From Vicinamibacterales bacterium (GTDB taxonomy: Bacteria > Acidobacteriota > Vicinamibacteria > Vicinamibacterales > SCN-69-37), in the NCBI GenBank assembly GCA_030827135.1, contig JAURFE010000001.1:430368-494367 (forward strand): DNA of 64,000 nt, in the 5' to 3' direction. The position numbers were made by a program, and so were the translations under genes. The notes beneath the pieces were generated by a model. The model was not told the origin of the DNA, did no database searches, and saw only the letters and a list, made by a program, of their open reading frames with translations. Each line of letters begins with the position of its first letter. Within the stretch, counting starts at the first letter, position 1. Positions 27,266 to 37,019 of this stretch are shown here, piece by piece.

Positions 27266-29599
27266 ATGACCACTCGTTCCGCCAAGGGAGCCACCCGCCC
27301 CCCCAGCCCCCGCAGGCGCGACCTCGCCGGGTCGTTCATGGCCTTTTTTCGGGGGCGAACGCGCCTTGTGCGCGTGGTCCTGATTCCTCTCGGCATCCTG
27401 GCGCTGCTCTCCGGCATCACGCTCGCCTATCTCTGGTCGTCGTTTGCCGCCCAGATCGACGCCCGGCTGGCGGGCGAACAGCGCACGATTCCCCGGATTT
27501 TCGGCCGGCCGTTTGAATTGCGCAGCGGGCAGGGGCTGACGCCCAAACAACTGGAAGAACGGCTGAACGACGTCGGGTATGCCCGCCGCGACGCCATCGC
27601 AGGGAGCGGTGAGTTCGCGATCGACGAAGACGTGGTGCGGCTGGCGCCACGCACCGACAAGGACGGACTGCACATTGTGCGGGTGGAGTTCTTGAAAGGC
27701 GCCACCCCCGTCATCACGCGCCTCGTGGATGAGACCACCAACAAGCCGACCGGTCCGGTGACACTCGAGGCGCCGATGCTGACCGCGTTTGCCACCGGCG
27801 AAAAGCGGCGCTACACGCCGCTGGCCTCCATTCCGGAACGGATGCGGTACGCGGTGCTCGCCATCGAAGACCGCCGCTTCTACGACCATCCCGGCGTGGA
27901 TGTCATCCGCTCGGCCGGTGCGTTGCTGACGAATCTGTTCGGCGATCGCGAATACCTGGTGGGCGGCAGCACACTCACGCAGCAAATCGTCAAGAACACC
28001 TTCCTGACGCGCGAGCAGACGATGAAGCGGAAGCTGCAGGAACAGCTGATGGCCATCGTGCTGGAGTCGCGGCTGTCGAAGGATCAGATCTTCGAGCTCT
28101 ATCTCAATGACATGGTGCTCGGCCAGCGCGGCCCGTTCGCCATTCACGGCGTCGCGGAGGCCGCGCGGATCTTCTTCGGCAAGGACGTGCGGAACGTCTC
28201 GCTGGCGGAGGCGGCGACGATCGCCGGCCTGCTGCAGTCCCCGTCGCGGCTGTCGCCGTTCAGAAATCCCGACCGCGCGCTTGAGCGGCGGAACGTGGTG
28301 CTCGGTGCCATGGTCGACGCGGAGTACATCACGCCTGACGAAGCCGAGACCGCCCGCAAGGCCCCGCTGGGCCTCGCCGCCCGCGCCCTGGAGAACGAAG
28401 CGCCGTATTTCGTCGACTATGTCAGCCGGCTTGTCAGCGAACGGCACACGGGACTGTTTGAATCCGACGGCGCCGTGGATGTGTACACGACGATCGACAT
28501 GCACCTCCAGCGCATTGCCCAGGAAGCGGTCGGCGAGGGGGTGGTCGCCCTCGACAAACAACTCGCGGGCCGCAAGCGGACGGGCCAGGTGCAGGCGGCG
28601 ATTGTCGCCGTGGACCCGCGCACCGGCGAGATCCTGGCGCTGGTCGGTGGCCGGTCCTACAGCCAGTCGCAGTTCAACCGGGCGGTCACCACACGCCGGC
28701 AGCCCGGGTCCATCTTCAAGCCGTTTGTCTATCTCGCCGCGTTTGAGCACATGGTCGCGGAGGGCGCGTCCGGCCCCACGCCGGCGACCATCGTGCTTGA
28801 TGAACCCACCATCTTCATGGATGGCGACAAGCCCTATGAGCCGGGCAACTACCGCGACGAATACGACGGGCCGATTACCCTGCGCCGCGCGCTCGCGATG
28901 TCGCGCAACATCCCGGCGATCAAGATCGCGGAAGAAACCGGCTACCAGAATGTAGCGGACTTCTGGAAGGCAATCGGAGTCGGGACCCGGGCGCAGCCGT
29001 TTCCATCAATTGCCCTCGGCGTCTTCGAAACCTCGCCGCTCGATCTGGCGACCGCATTCACCATCTTCACCAATGGCGGCCGGCTGCGCCCCCTGCGCGC
29101 GATGACCCGCATCGTCGAAAACGGCAAACCGCGGCAGATCACGGCCGGATCGACCAAGGACATCGCGCGGCCGGACACGACATTCCTGGTCACGAACATG
29201 ATGCGCGCCGTGATGAACGAAGGCACCGGCGCCGGCGCACGATCGCAGGGCTTCCGTCTGAACGCCGCGGGCAAGTCCGGCACCACCAACGATCTGCGCG
29301 ACGCCTGGTTTGTCGGCTTTACGCCGGAGCTGCTCACGGTCGTGTGGGTCGGCTTCGATGACAACACGCCGGTCGGGCTGGGCGGGTCGCAGGCGGCGTT
29401 GCCGATCTGGACGTCGTTCATGAAACGTGCGCTCGCCGCGCGTGCCGACCAGCCGTTCAGCGTGCCCGACGGCATCGTCTTCGCCGACATTGATCCGCTC
29501 TCCGGTCAGCTCGCCGGCCCGTTCTGCCCGCGGCGCGTGGCCGAGGCGTTCCTCGAAGGCACCGACCCGTGGGAGCAATGCCACCTGCATCGCAACTGA
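27266..29599 (+). CDS. mrcA: Penicillin-binding protein 1A (bifunctional glycosyltransferase/transpeptidase)
   Basis: GT51 motifs AIEDRRFYDHPGVD and GGSTLTQQ; transpeptidase motifs SIFKP, SRN and KSGTT; N-terminal membrane anchor. Confidence 0.93.
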   Translation: MTTRSAKGATRPPSPRRRDLAGSFMAFFRGRTRLVRVVLIPLGILALLSGITLAYLWSSFAAQIDARLAGEQRTIPRIFGRPFELRSGQGLTPKQLEERLNDVGYARRDAIAGSGEFAIDEDVVRLAPRTDKDGLHIVRVEFLKGATPVITRLVDETTNKPTGPVTLEAPMLTAFATGEKRRYTPLASIPERMRYAVLAIEDRRFYDHPGVDVIRSAGALLTNLFGDREYLVGGSTLTQQIVKNTFLTREQTMKRKLQEQLMAIVLESRLSKDQIFELYLNDMVLGQRGPFAIHGVAEAARIFFGKDVRNVSLAEAATIAGLLQSPSRLSPFRNPDRALERRNVVLGAMVDAEYITPDEAETARKAPLGLAARALENEAPYFVDYVSRLVSERHTGLFESDGAVDVYTTIDMHLQRIAQEAVGEGVVALDKQLAGRKRTGQVQAAIVAVDPRTGEILALVGGRSYSQSQFNRAVTTRRQPGSIFKPFVYLAAFEHMVAEGASGPTPATIVLDEPTIFMDGDKPYEPGNYRDEYDGPITLRRALAMSRNIPAIKIAEETGYQNVADFWKAIGVGTRAQPFPSIALGVFETSPLDLATAFTIFTNGGRLRPLRAMTRIVENGKPRQITAGSTKDIARPDTTFLVTNMMRAVMNEGTGAGARSQGFRLNAAGKSGTTNDLRDAWFVGFTPELLTVVWVGFDDNTPVGLGGSQAALPIWTSFMKRALAARADQPFSVPDGIVFADIDPLSGQLAGPFCPRRVAEAFLEGTDPWEQCHLHRN

Positions 29600-30930
29600 T
29601 GTCCCTGATCATCCGGAACGCGTGCATCCTCACCATGAACGACGCCGGGGATGTCGTCTCGGGCGACGTCCACGTTGTGGATGGCCGCATCGTGGCGGTC
29701 GGCGCCCTCCCGGCCGGCACTCGAGCCGATCGCACGATTGATGCCGGCGGAGGCTATGTCCTCCCGGGGTTCGTGCAGACGCACATTCACCTGTGTCAGA
29801 CGCTGTTCCGCGGATCGGCAGATGACCTGCCACTGCTCGCGTGGCTGCGATCGCGCGTGTGGCCGCTCGAAGCCGCCCACACCGACGACTCGTTGCGCAT
29901 CTCCGCGCGGCTGGCCGCCGCCGAACTGCTGGCCGGAGGCACAACGACCGTGCTGACCATGGAGACGGTGCATGGCACCGATGCGGTGTGTGATGCGCTC
30001 GTCGCGACGGGACTGCGCGCGATTGTCGGCAAGTGCCTGATGGACGTCTCGGGCGACCAGCCGGCGCGCCTCCGCCAGTCCGCGTCAACCGGCCTCGAGG
30101 AAGCCCTGGCGCTGCATCGACGTTGGCATGGCGCGGCGAACGGCCGGCTGCGCATCGCCCTGGCGCCGCGCTTCGCGATTTCGTGCACACGCGATCTGCT
30201 TGCGATGACGGCAGCCGCGGCCGAGACCCACGGCCTGATCGTACACACCCACGCCTCGGAACAACGCGAAGAAGTGGATATGGTGCGACGGCTGACCGGT
30301 CTCGACAACATGGCCTACCTCGACTCGGTCGGCCTGGCGAACTCCCGGTTGTGTGCGGCCCACTGCGTGTGGGTCACGGAGGCCGAGCAGGCGATGATGG
30401 CGGAGCGCGAGGTCAAGGTGCTCCACTGCCCCGGTTCCAACCTCAAGCTGGGGAGCGGCGTGGCGCCGGTGCCCGAGATGCGTGAACGCGGCATCACCGT
30501 GTCGCTCGGTGCCGACGGCGCGGCCTGCGCCAACACCCTCGACATGTTTCAGGAGATGCGCCTCGCCGCGACGCTGCAGGCGATGCGGCTGGGTCCCGGC
30601 CACCTGACCGCGCGTGATGTGGTGACCATGGCGACCCGCGAGGGAGCCAGGGCGCTTGGCCTCGACGCCGACATCGGATCCGTCGAAGCCGGCAAAAAGG
30701 CCGACCTCATCGTCGTCTCCCGCGACGGCCTCCACCAGCAACCGGCCCTCGATCCGTACGCGACCCTGGTCTACGGCTCCCGGGCGTCCGATGTGCGATA
30801 CACGCTGGTGGACGGGCAGGTCATGGCCGAGCATGGCCACGCCGTCTGGGCAGATTCCGCGGCGCTTGTCGCGGAGTCGCGGGAGGCCGCCCGGCTCCTG
30901 AGGGACAGGGCCTGGGCTATACTGGGTTAG
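29599..30930 (+). CDS. Amidohydrolase (MtaD / chlorohydrolase / aminohydrolase-like)
   Basis: LPGFVQTHIHLCQT (HxH metal site), HASE and a C-terminal ADL segment. The start overlaps the PBP1A stop (TGATG). Confidence 0.8.
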   Translation: MSLIIRNACILTMNDAGDVVSGDVHVVDGRIVAVGALPAGTRADRTIDAGGGYVLPGFVQTHIHLCQTLFRGSADDLPLLAWLRSRVWPLEAAHTDDSLRISARLAAAELLAGGTTTVLTMETVHGTDAVCDALVATGLRAIVGKCLMDVSGDQPARLRQSASTGLEEALALHRRWHGAANGRLRIALAPRFAISCTRDLLAMTAAAAETHGLIVHTHASEQREEVDMVRRLTGLDNMAYLDSVGLANSRLCAAHCVWVTEAEQAMMAEREVKVLHCPGSNLKLGSGVAPVPEMRERGITVSLGADGAACANTLDMFQEMRLAATLQAMRLGPGHLTARDVVTMATREGARALGLDADIGSVEAGKKADLIVVSRDGLHQQPALDPYATLVYGSRASDVRYTLVDGQVMAEHGHAVWADSAALVAESREAARLLRDRAWAILG

Positions 30931-30953
30931 CAGTCGAAGACGCCGAGTGCTAA
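30927..30953 (+). promoter_or_regulatory. CIRCE operator (HrcA binding site)
   Basis: TTAGCAGTC-N9-GAGTGCTAA versus the consensus TTAGCACTC-N9-GAGTGCTAA. It lies 14 nt upstream of hrcA. A TATACT -10-like box is at 30918-30923. Confidence 0.88.
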
Positions 30954-30966
30954 CACTGCAGAAGCC

Positions 30967-32019
30967 ATGACGCCCACTGACCTGACCGATCGCCAACGCC
31001 GGATTCTTGCGCGCCTGGTCTCGGACTATATCGAGCAGGGCGAACCGGTGTCGTCCGCCTGGTTGGCGGAACACTCTCGCTTGGGCCTGTCGTCGGCCAC
31101 GGTGCGCAACATCCTGGCGCGACTAGAGGAACAGGGCCTTGTCCGCCAGCCGCACACCTCTGCCGGCCGGATCCCCACCGATGCGGGCTATCGCCTGTAT
31201 GTGGATTCCCTGCTGCAGTCGCGGCGCCGGGTGAAGTCGGGTCCGGACCTCGAGTCGCGGCTGCGCCGCACCGGATCGACCGGCGACCTGCTGGAAAGTG
31301 TGTCGCAGGAACTGGCGCGGGCCTCCCACCAGATCGCCTTTGCGCTGACCCCGTCGAGTCCGACGGTGCGCCTGCGCCACATCAACTTCGTCAGCCTCGA
31401 CAGTCACCGCGTGCTGGTCATCGTGGTGGCGACGGGCAATCAGATCACCCACAAGGTGGTGGAAACGGCCGAGCCGTACGACATGGGCGTCCTGCAGCAG
31501 GCGGCGCAGTACATCAACGCCGAGTTCGCGGGCCTGACCTTGATTGAGGCGCGTGAGGCGCTCGTCGCCAGAATGCATGAAGAGCGGATGCTCTATGACG
31601 CGCTGATGACCCGGGCGCTGCAACTGGCGCAGACCGGCCTGGATCTCGCGACGCCGGAAGAGACGGTCGTGATCCAGGGCACATCGTTCCTCTTCGAAGG
31701 CGCCATGGGTGCCGCCGGAGATCGCGAACAGCTTACGCTCGAAACACTGCGGGCGTTGTTCCGCCTGCTTGAAGAGAAACACCGCCTGGTCGAACTGCTC
31801 ACCTCCTATATCGAGTCCGACGGTCTGACGGTGGTCATCGGGTCGGAGCATGTGAGCCCGGACATGCATCCGTTCAGTCTGGTGGCATCCACCTTCAACG
31901 ACGGCCAGCGCTCCGGCACCGTTGGGGTGATTGGCCCGACGCGCATGCGGTATCAACGCGCCATCTCGGTGGTGGATGGCGTGTCACGGGCCGTGACCAG
32001 GGCCCTGGAAGGGCACTAA
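30967..32019 (+). CDS. hrcA: Heat-inducible transcription repressor HrcA
   Basis: LTDRQRRILARLVSDYIEQGEPVSSAWLAE and the context with CIRCE and grpE. Confidence 0.95.
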   Translation: MTPTDLTDRQRRILARLVSDYIEQGEPVSSAWLAEHSRLGLSSATVRNILARLEEQGLVRQPHTSAGRIPTDAGYRLYVDSLLQSRRRVKSGPDLESRLRRTGSTGDLLESVSQELARASHQIAFALTPSSPTVRLRHINFVSLDSHRVLVIVVATGNQITHKVVETAEPYDMGVLQQAAQYINAEFAGLTLIEAREALVARMHEERMLYDALMTRALQLAQTGLDLATPEETVVIQGTSFLFEGAMGAAGDREQLTLETLRALFRLLEEKHRLVELLTSYIESDGLTVVIGSEHVSPDMHPFSLVASTFNDGQRSGTVGVIGPTRMRYQRAISVVDGVSRAVTRALEGH

Positions 32020-32028
32020 CGCAGAAAT

Positions 32029-32544
32029 ATGACTGAAGAGACGACCGACACGCCGGCCAACGGCGAGGCACACGACCAGACGGCGCCTGACGTCGCCGCA
32101 CTCCAGCAGGATCGCGACGAGACGTACGACCGTTTGCTGCGACTCACGGCCGAGTTCGACAACTATCGGAAGCGCACCGATCGGGAACGCCGCGACCTGT
32201 CCGATTTCCTGACCATGGATGTCGTGCGCGACATGCTGCCGGTCATCGACGACCTCGAGCGTGCGATGGCTGCGGCGAAGGGACTGGAGACGAACCCGGA
32301 ACTGGCGGCTTACCACCAGGGCATCACGCTGATCCATCGGCAACTGCTCGATCAGTTGCGCAAGCGGAACGTCGAGCCGCTCGAGGTCGTGGGGGTGACG
32401 TTTGATCCGGGGTGGCACGAGGCGGTCGCCGATGAACCCGCCGAGGGCCGGCCGGATGGCCAAATCACCGCCGAATTCAGGCGCGGCTACCGCATCGGCT
32501 CGAAGCTGCTGCGGCCGGCGATGGTCAAGGTGGCCAAGGCGTGA
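32029..32544 (+). CDS. grpE: Nucleotide exchange factor GrpE
   Basis: [17 protein letters not shown] and a C-terminal [16 protein letters not shown]. Confidence 0.93.
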   Translation: MTEETTDTPANGEAHDQTAPDVAALQQDRDETYDRLLRLTAEFDNYRKRTDRERRDLSDFLTMDVVRDMLPVIDDLERAMAAAKGLETNPELAAYHQGITLIHRQLLDQLRKRNVEPLEVVGVTFDPGWHEAVADEPAEGRPDGQITAEFRRGYRIGSKLLRPAMVKVAKA

Positions 32545-33677
32545 GCCGGCGGGATTACTACCAGGTCCTCGGCGTCCCGCGCACGGCCAGCGAATCGGAG
32601 ATCAAGAGCGCCTATCGCAAGCTGGCGCTGCAGCACCACCCCGATCGCAACCAGGGCAATCCCGAGGCTGAAGAGAAGTTCAAGGAGGCAGCCGAGGCCT
32701 ACTCCGTGATCGGCGACGCGGACAAACGCGCGCGCTACGACCAGTTTGGTCACGCAGGCGTGTCGGGCCCTGGCCAGGGCGGGCCCGGCATGAACCCCGA
32801 CATCTTTGGGGACTTCTCCGACATCCTCGGCGACTTCTTCGGGTTCGGTGGCGGAGGCGGCGGGCGGCGCGCCGGTCCCGTGCGTGGCAGCGACCTGCGG
32901 TTCGATCTCGAAATCGCATTCGACGAGTCGTTCCGCGGCGTCGAGACGCCCATCCAGATTCCACGCGAAGAGGCGTGCGAACCGTGCGGCGGATCAGGCG
33001 CGGCCCCGGGCTCCTCGCGCGAGACCTGCCCACAGTGTGCCGGACGAGGGCAACTGCGCTACCAGCAGGGCTTCCTCGTCGTCTCGCGGCCCTGCGGACA
33101 GTGCCGTGGCACCGGGCAGATCATTCCGAAACCGTGTACCTCGTGTCGCGGGACGGGACGGCAGATGCGCGATCGCAAGGTCACTGTGCGCATCCCGGCC
33201 GGCATCGCGGATGGGCAGCGCCTGCGTCTGCACGGCGAGGGCGAACACGGGGCGCAGGGTGGCCCCCCCGGCGACCTCTATGTCGTGGTGCACGTGCGTC
33301 AGCACGCGAATTTTGTGCGTGAGGGCGACGACCTCTACATGGAAGTGCGTGTGCCCTTCCCGATCATGGCGCTGGGGGGCACGTTCAAGGTCGAGGGGCC
33401 CGACGGGGCGATCGACGTCAACGTCTCCGGCGGATCGGCCAATGGCACCCTGGTCTCCTTCAAAGGCAAGGGCATGCCGAACGTGTCCGGCCGCGGGGCC
33501 GGAGCCCTGCATGTGCGACTCGTGGTGGATGTGCCGAAGAAGCTCTCGAAGGATCAGAAGAAACTCATCGAGCAGCTCGGCAAGACGATGCCCGTGGAGA
33601 TGCTGGCGGCGCGTGACGTCGAGGGTGACAGCGATGAGAAGCCGTTCTTCGAACGCGTGAAGGATCTCTTTGGCTGA
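32541..33677 (+). CDS. dnaJ: Molecular chaperone DnaJ
   Basis: J-domain ([13 protein letters not shown]), a G/F region and four CxxCxGxG zinc motifs. The GTG start overlaps the grpE stop. Confidence 0.96.
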   Translation: MSRRDYYQVLGVPRTASESEIKSAYRKLALQHHPDRNQGNPEAEEKFKEAAEAYSVIGDADKRARYDQFGHAGVSGPGQGGPGMNPDIFGDFSDILGDFFGFGGGGGGRRAGPVRGSDLRFDLEIAFDESFRGVETPIQIPREEACEPCGGSGAAPGSSRETCPQCAGRGQLRYQQGFLVVSRPCGQCRGTGQIIPKPCTSCRGTGRQMRDRKVTVRIPAGIADGQRLRLHGEGEHGAQGGPPGDLYVVVHVRQHANFVREGDDLYMEVRVPFPIMALGGTFKVEGPDGAIDVNVSGGSANGTLVSFKGKGMPNVSGRGAGALHVRLVVDVPKKLSKDQKKLIEQLGKTMPVEMLAARDVEGDSDEKPFFERVKDLFG

Positions 33678-34509
33678 GTCCCGCCCGGAACGCATGTACC
33701 CCGGTCTCGACGTCTCGGGATTCGGCGACCCCGATTTCGTGCTGGCCGCAGTGGACGACTGGTCCCCCACCGCCGTCGACGACTCCGGGGCCGCGCTCCG
33801 CATCTTCTTCAGCACGACGGAGGAGCGGCACGATGCCGAGGCGCACCTCCGCGCGGCAATGCCGCATCTGGTGTGTGCGGCGATTGACGTCCCCGACGAA
33901 CACTGGGCCGAACGAAGCCAGGCCGCGCTGACGGCCGTGCGCGTGGGCGCGCTCAGTGTCGCGCCGCCCTGGGACATCCCCACCGATGGGTCGCAGGTCA
34001 TCGTGATTCTGCCGTCGATGGGGTTCGGCACCGGTCATCACGCCTCGACGCGTTTATGCCTCGGTCTCCTGCAGGCCGGGGATCACGCGGGCCGCCGCGT
34101 GTGTGACGTCGGGACCGGATCCGGCGTGCTGGCCATCGCCGCGCTCCGCCTCGGCGCCGCCAGCGCCGTCGCCGTGGACTACGACATGGACGCGATCGTC
34201 TGTGCGCGAGAATCCGCCGAACTCAACCACATCACGTCCGGCCTCGACATCCGCCAGGTCGACCTCGACGTGGACGGGACGGTCGCCGGCGGACCGTTCG
34301 ATCTGGTCCTCGCGAACCTCACGGGCGGTCTGCTCATTCGCCTTGTGGACCGGCTCGTCGCCATGACTCTGCGCGGCGGTGCCCTCATCCTCAGCGGCAT
34401 CACGACCGCCGAGGCAGACGATGTCATCGCGGCGTTCGAGGGAGCCGGGTGTCAGATTCTCGAACGTCGCGACGAAGACGGCTGGGTGGGGTTGCGGCTG
34501 GGCTGGTGA
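33670..34509 (+). CDS. prmA: Ribosomal protein L11 methyltransferase
   Basis: SAM motif [28 protein letters not shown], and its position after dnaJ. The start could be the TTG at 33670 or the ATG at 33694. Confidence 0.85.
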   Translation: MAESRPERMYPGLDVSGFGDPDFVLAAVDDWSPTAVDDSGAALRIFFSTTEERHDAEAHLRAAMPHLVCAAIDVPDEHWAERSQAALTAVRVGALSVAPPWDIPTDGSQVIVILPSMGFGTGHHASTRLCLGLLQAGDHAGRRVCDVGTGSGVLAIAALRLGAASAVAVDYDMDAIVCARESAELNHITSGLDIRQVDLDVDGTVAGGPFDLVLANLTGGLLIRLVDRLVAMTLRGGALILSGITTAEADDVIAAFEGAGCQILERRDEDGWVGLRLGW

Positions 34510-34548
34510 GCGGATGGGCGGTTGGGCGGTTGACGGAGCACAAGGGCC

Positions 34549-35094
34549 TCAGCCCGTGTGACACAACTGCCTGGCGACAAATTCCACCACGTCCGGCAAT
34601 TGCCCATCCGTGAAGTGCCCGCGGTTCCTGAACTCAAAGTAGGAACACTTCAGCTGCGCCGCCACGTGGCGCGGCTCCGCGATCGGAATGTGAGGATCGT
34701 CAGTGGAGTTGAAGACTCCGATCCACTGCTGGTTGTCACGAATGGCTGACCAGCACCACGGGTCCCGGTAGTAGCCGCTCTGGGCTTCGAACGAGTCTCC
34801 CAGATCGGTATGACAGACACCCACGAGCACAGATCCCAGGAGGCGATGGGTCTCGGCATACCGCATGGCCGCCACCGCGCCTGACGAGTGACCAATCAGG
34901 ATGGTCCGTTCGTCGGCCCCCAGTGACTCCAGGAATGGCAGCCAATACGAGGCGCGCGCTTTCACGCTGTCGGGAAACTCGGTGTTGATGACGTCGAGAC
35001 CCAGGGCGGCGAGGCCCCGCTCGACGAACGGATACCAGGCGTCGCCCGGACTGCACCCGCCGTTGCCGGGGATCAGAATGGCCCTGGTGGCCAT
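34549..35094 (-). CDS. RBBP9/YdeN-like serine hydrolase (alpha/beta fold)
   Basis: 181 aa with ILIPGNGG and the nucleophile elbow GHSSG. The ATG at 35094 overlaps the rsmE stop (ATGA). The longer ORF-track version runs over rsmE and is rejected. Confidence 0.75.
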   Translation of the reverse strand: MATRAILIPGNGGCSPGDAWYPFVERGLAALGLDVINTEFPDSVKARASYWLPFLESLGADERTILIGHSSGAVAAMRYAETHRLLGSVLVGVCHTDLGDSFEAQSGYYRDPWCWSAIRDNQQWIGVFNSTDDPHIPIAEPRHVAAQLKCSYFEFRNRGHFTDGQLPDVVEFVARQLCHTG

Positions 35095-35843
35095 CACGTC
35101 CAGCCCCAGGCCGCCCACAGGAGGGTCAGGGCCACAGCGGGAGCGGACTCGGCCCGCAGGGTGCGCGGACCAAGCGACACGGTGTGCGCGCCTCGTTCCG
35201 TGAACATCGCGAGTTCCTCGCCGCTCCAGCCACCCTCCGGTCCGATCAGCAGCAGCGCCGCCGAGGGCCGTGCGGCCGTCCGCCAGTCGCGCGCCGTCCC
35301 CCCCTGCATCGCCGCCGGTTCGACACACGCCAGCGTCAAGTTCGCCGCATCCGGCGCGTCCGCCGTCGGCCACAGGCCGACGAGCGGGGTCACCGGGGCG
35401 ATGGTGGGGACGACGGCGCGACCACACTGCTTGGCGGCGGCGACGGCGACACGGTGCCAACGGGCCTGTCCACGATTGTCGCGCCAGGTCTTCGACGGCA
35501 CCGCGACGTGGTCGGTCACGACCGGCCTGATGGCCGTCACGCCCATCACCGTCGCGTCGCGTACGACGGCGTCCATCTGGTCGCCCTTAAGCAGGCCGAC
35601 CGCCAGCGTGACCCTCACCGCCGGTTCCGGAACCGGACTCACCTCCCGCTCGACGATCAGCGAAACCGACGACTTCGTGATCGCGCCGACCTGTGTACGC
35701 CATTCACGCCCGCGCCCGTCAAACACGCCAACGGAATCGCCCGCGCGTACGCGGAGGACACGCGTCAGATGATGCGCCTCATCGCCCACCACCTCGACAA
35801 CAAGCGTCTCAACCTGGACGTCGGGCACATACACGCGCGTCAT
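35094..35843 (-). CDS. rsmE: 16S rRNA (uracil1498-N3)-methyltransferase
   Basis: MTRVYVP...GDEAHHLTRVLRVRAGD N-terminus and a C-terminal LLIGPEGGWS knot motif. Confidence 0.9.
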   Translation of the reverse strand: MTRVYVPDVQVETLVVEVVGDEAHHLTRVLRVRAGDSVGVFDGRGREWRTQVGAITKSSVSLIVEREVSPVPEPAVRVTLAVGLLKGDQMDAVVRDATVMGVTAIRPVVTDHVAVPSKTWRDNRGQARWHRVAVAAAKQCGRAVVPTIAPVTPLVGLWPTADAPDAANLTLACVEPAAMQGGTARDWRTAARPSAALLLIGPEGGWSGEELAMFTERGAHTVSLGPRTLRAESAPAVALTLLWAAWGWT

Positions 35844-35847
35844 GCCG

Positions 35848-35915
35848 CCCAATCCCCGCTCCTCAATCCCTCAATCCAAATCCTCAATCCTCAATCCTCA
35901 ATCCTCAATCCTCAA
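35848..35915 (+). repeat. Heptamer array A: degenerate units, then CCAAAT, then (CCTCAAT)x5
   Basis: Five perfect TCCTCAA units at 35881-35915, preceded by cccaatc, cctcaat, ccctcaat and ccaaat. The plus strand is almost free of G. The array sits in the rsmE/kinase divergent gap and ends 8 nt before a TGaTATTCT extended -10-like box. Confidence 0.9.
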
Positions 35916-35938
35916 TGCCTCTGATATTCTCTCCGCAC

Positions 35939-36946
35939 ATGGTGTTTCGCGGCCAGACCCTGGGCAAGTATCGAATCGTCGAGCCGCTTGGCAGTGGTGG
36001 GTTTGGCACCGTGTATCTGGCAGAAGATACCTGGATCGACAAGCGGGTGGCGCTGAAAGTGCCCCACCGCCAGAATCTGGACTTCGGCGAACTGCTCAAG
36101 GAACCGCGCCTGCTCGCGGCGCTTGGTCACCCCAACATCGTCACGGTTATCACGGCGGAGAAACAGGACAACGTCTTCTTCATCGTCATGGAATACGTGC
36201 CCGGTGAGACGCTTGAGACCCTGATTGTGCACAAGGGCGCGCTGGAGTTGATGCAGGCGCTCGATTACACGGCGCAGATCTGCAATGCCGTGGAACACGC
36301 GCACAAACACAACATCCTCCATCGCGATCTCCGCCCCGCGAACGTGTTCGTCACTGAGAAAGGGTTGGTCAAGGTCGGCGACTTCGGCACCTCGCGCGTG
36401 CTCGAACTCGCGGCCCATGGCACCACGGTCATCGGCAGTCCCCCGTACATGGCGCCTGAACAGTTCGAGGGCCGCGCGGTGTTTGCGTCCGACCTCTATT
36501 CCATCGGCGTGACGATGTATCAGATGCTGACGGGGACCCTGCCGTACGACACGCCGGCGCCTGCGGATCTCGTACGTCTCAAACGCGGCGAACTCGTGAC
36601 CCCGCCACGCGAACGCAACAGCAGCATTCCGAAGGTCATCGACGACATCGTCATGCGGGCACTCTCGCCGGATGTCGGCACACGGTATCAGCGCGCGGAG
36701 GAAATGCTGAACGACCTGCTCGCGGCCAGGCGCGACCTCGTTCGCAAGCCGCCGCCGCAGGTCGCCACCCCACCGGCACCGGCAGGAGCGGGCGCGGCCT
36801 CACGACCATCGCCGGCCCCGCGTCCGGCGCCAACCCCCACCCGCCTGCGACCCCCAGGCCCTCCCACCGCGCGATTTTGCTGGCAGTGTCGAAAACCGCT
36901 GCCCGCGCGAGGCACTCGCTGTCCATTCTGTGGCGAAGCCCAGTGA
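35939..36946 (+). CDS. Ser/Thr protein kinase with C-terminal zinc-ribbon
   Basis: GSGGFGTVY, ALKV, HRDLRPANV, DFGTSR and APE are all intact. A Pro-rich tail ends in CWQCRKPLPARGTRCPFCG. An alternative start is the ATG at 35915, formed by the last repeat unit. Confidence 0.9.
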   Translation: MVFRGQTLGKYRIVEPLGSGGFGTVYLAEDTWIDKRVALKVPHRQNLDFGELLKEPRLLAALGHPNIVTVITAEKQDNVFFIVMEYVPGETLETLIVHKGALELMQALDYTAQICNAVEHAHKHNILHRDLRPANVFVTEKGLVKVGDFGTSRVLELAAHGTTVIGSPPYMAPEQFEGRAVFASDLYSIGVTMYQMLTGTLPYDTPAPADLVRLKRGELVTPPRERNSSIPKVIDDIVMRALSPDVGTRYQRAEEMLNDLLAARRDLVRKPPPQVATPPAPAGAGAASRPSPAPRPAPTPTRLRPPGPPTARFCWQCRKPLPARGTRCPFCGEAQ

Positions 36947-37019
36947 GTGACCGCCCCGATACCCTCCCGGAGGACTAGAATAAGGGGCGACAGTTGAGTT
37001 GTTGAAGGGAGTTCGAACG

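Noticed and set aside
32029-33677. Missing dnaK between grpE and dnaJ considered as a deletion or pseudogene scar
   Set aside because: grpE and dnaJ overlap by 4 nt (GTGA) with both frames intact, so there is no remnant sequence.
35095-35460. N-terminal extension of the RBBP9-like hydrolase ORF (the 303-aa version)
   Set aside because: The extension overlaps rsmE on the same strand in another frame and is Arg/Gly/Pro-rich. The ATG at 35094 gives the full 181-aa hydrolase fold and an ATGA overlap with rsmE.
35848-35915. Heptamer arrays (also 56021-56081 and 58601-58779) considered as CRISPR, telomere-like or plasmid iteron repeats
   Set aside because: The 7-nt units are far too short and have no spacers, so they are not CRISPR. 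They sit inside a normal chromosomal context with no replication or partition genes.
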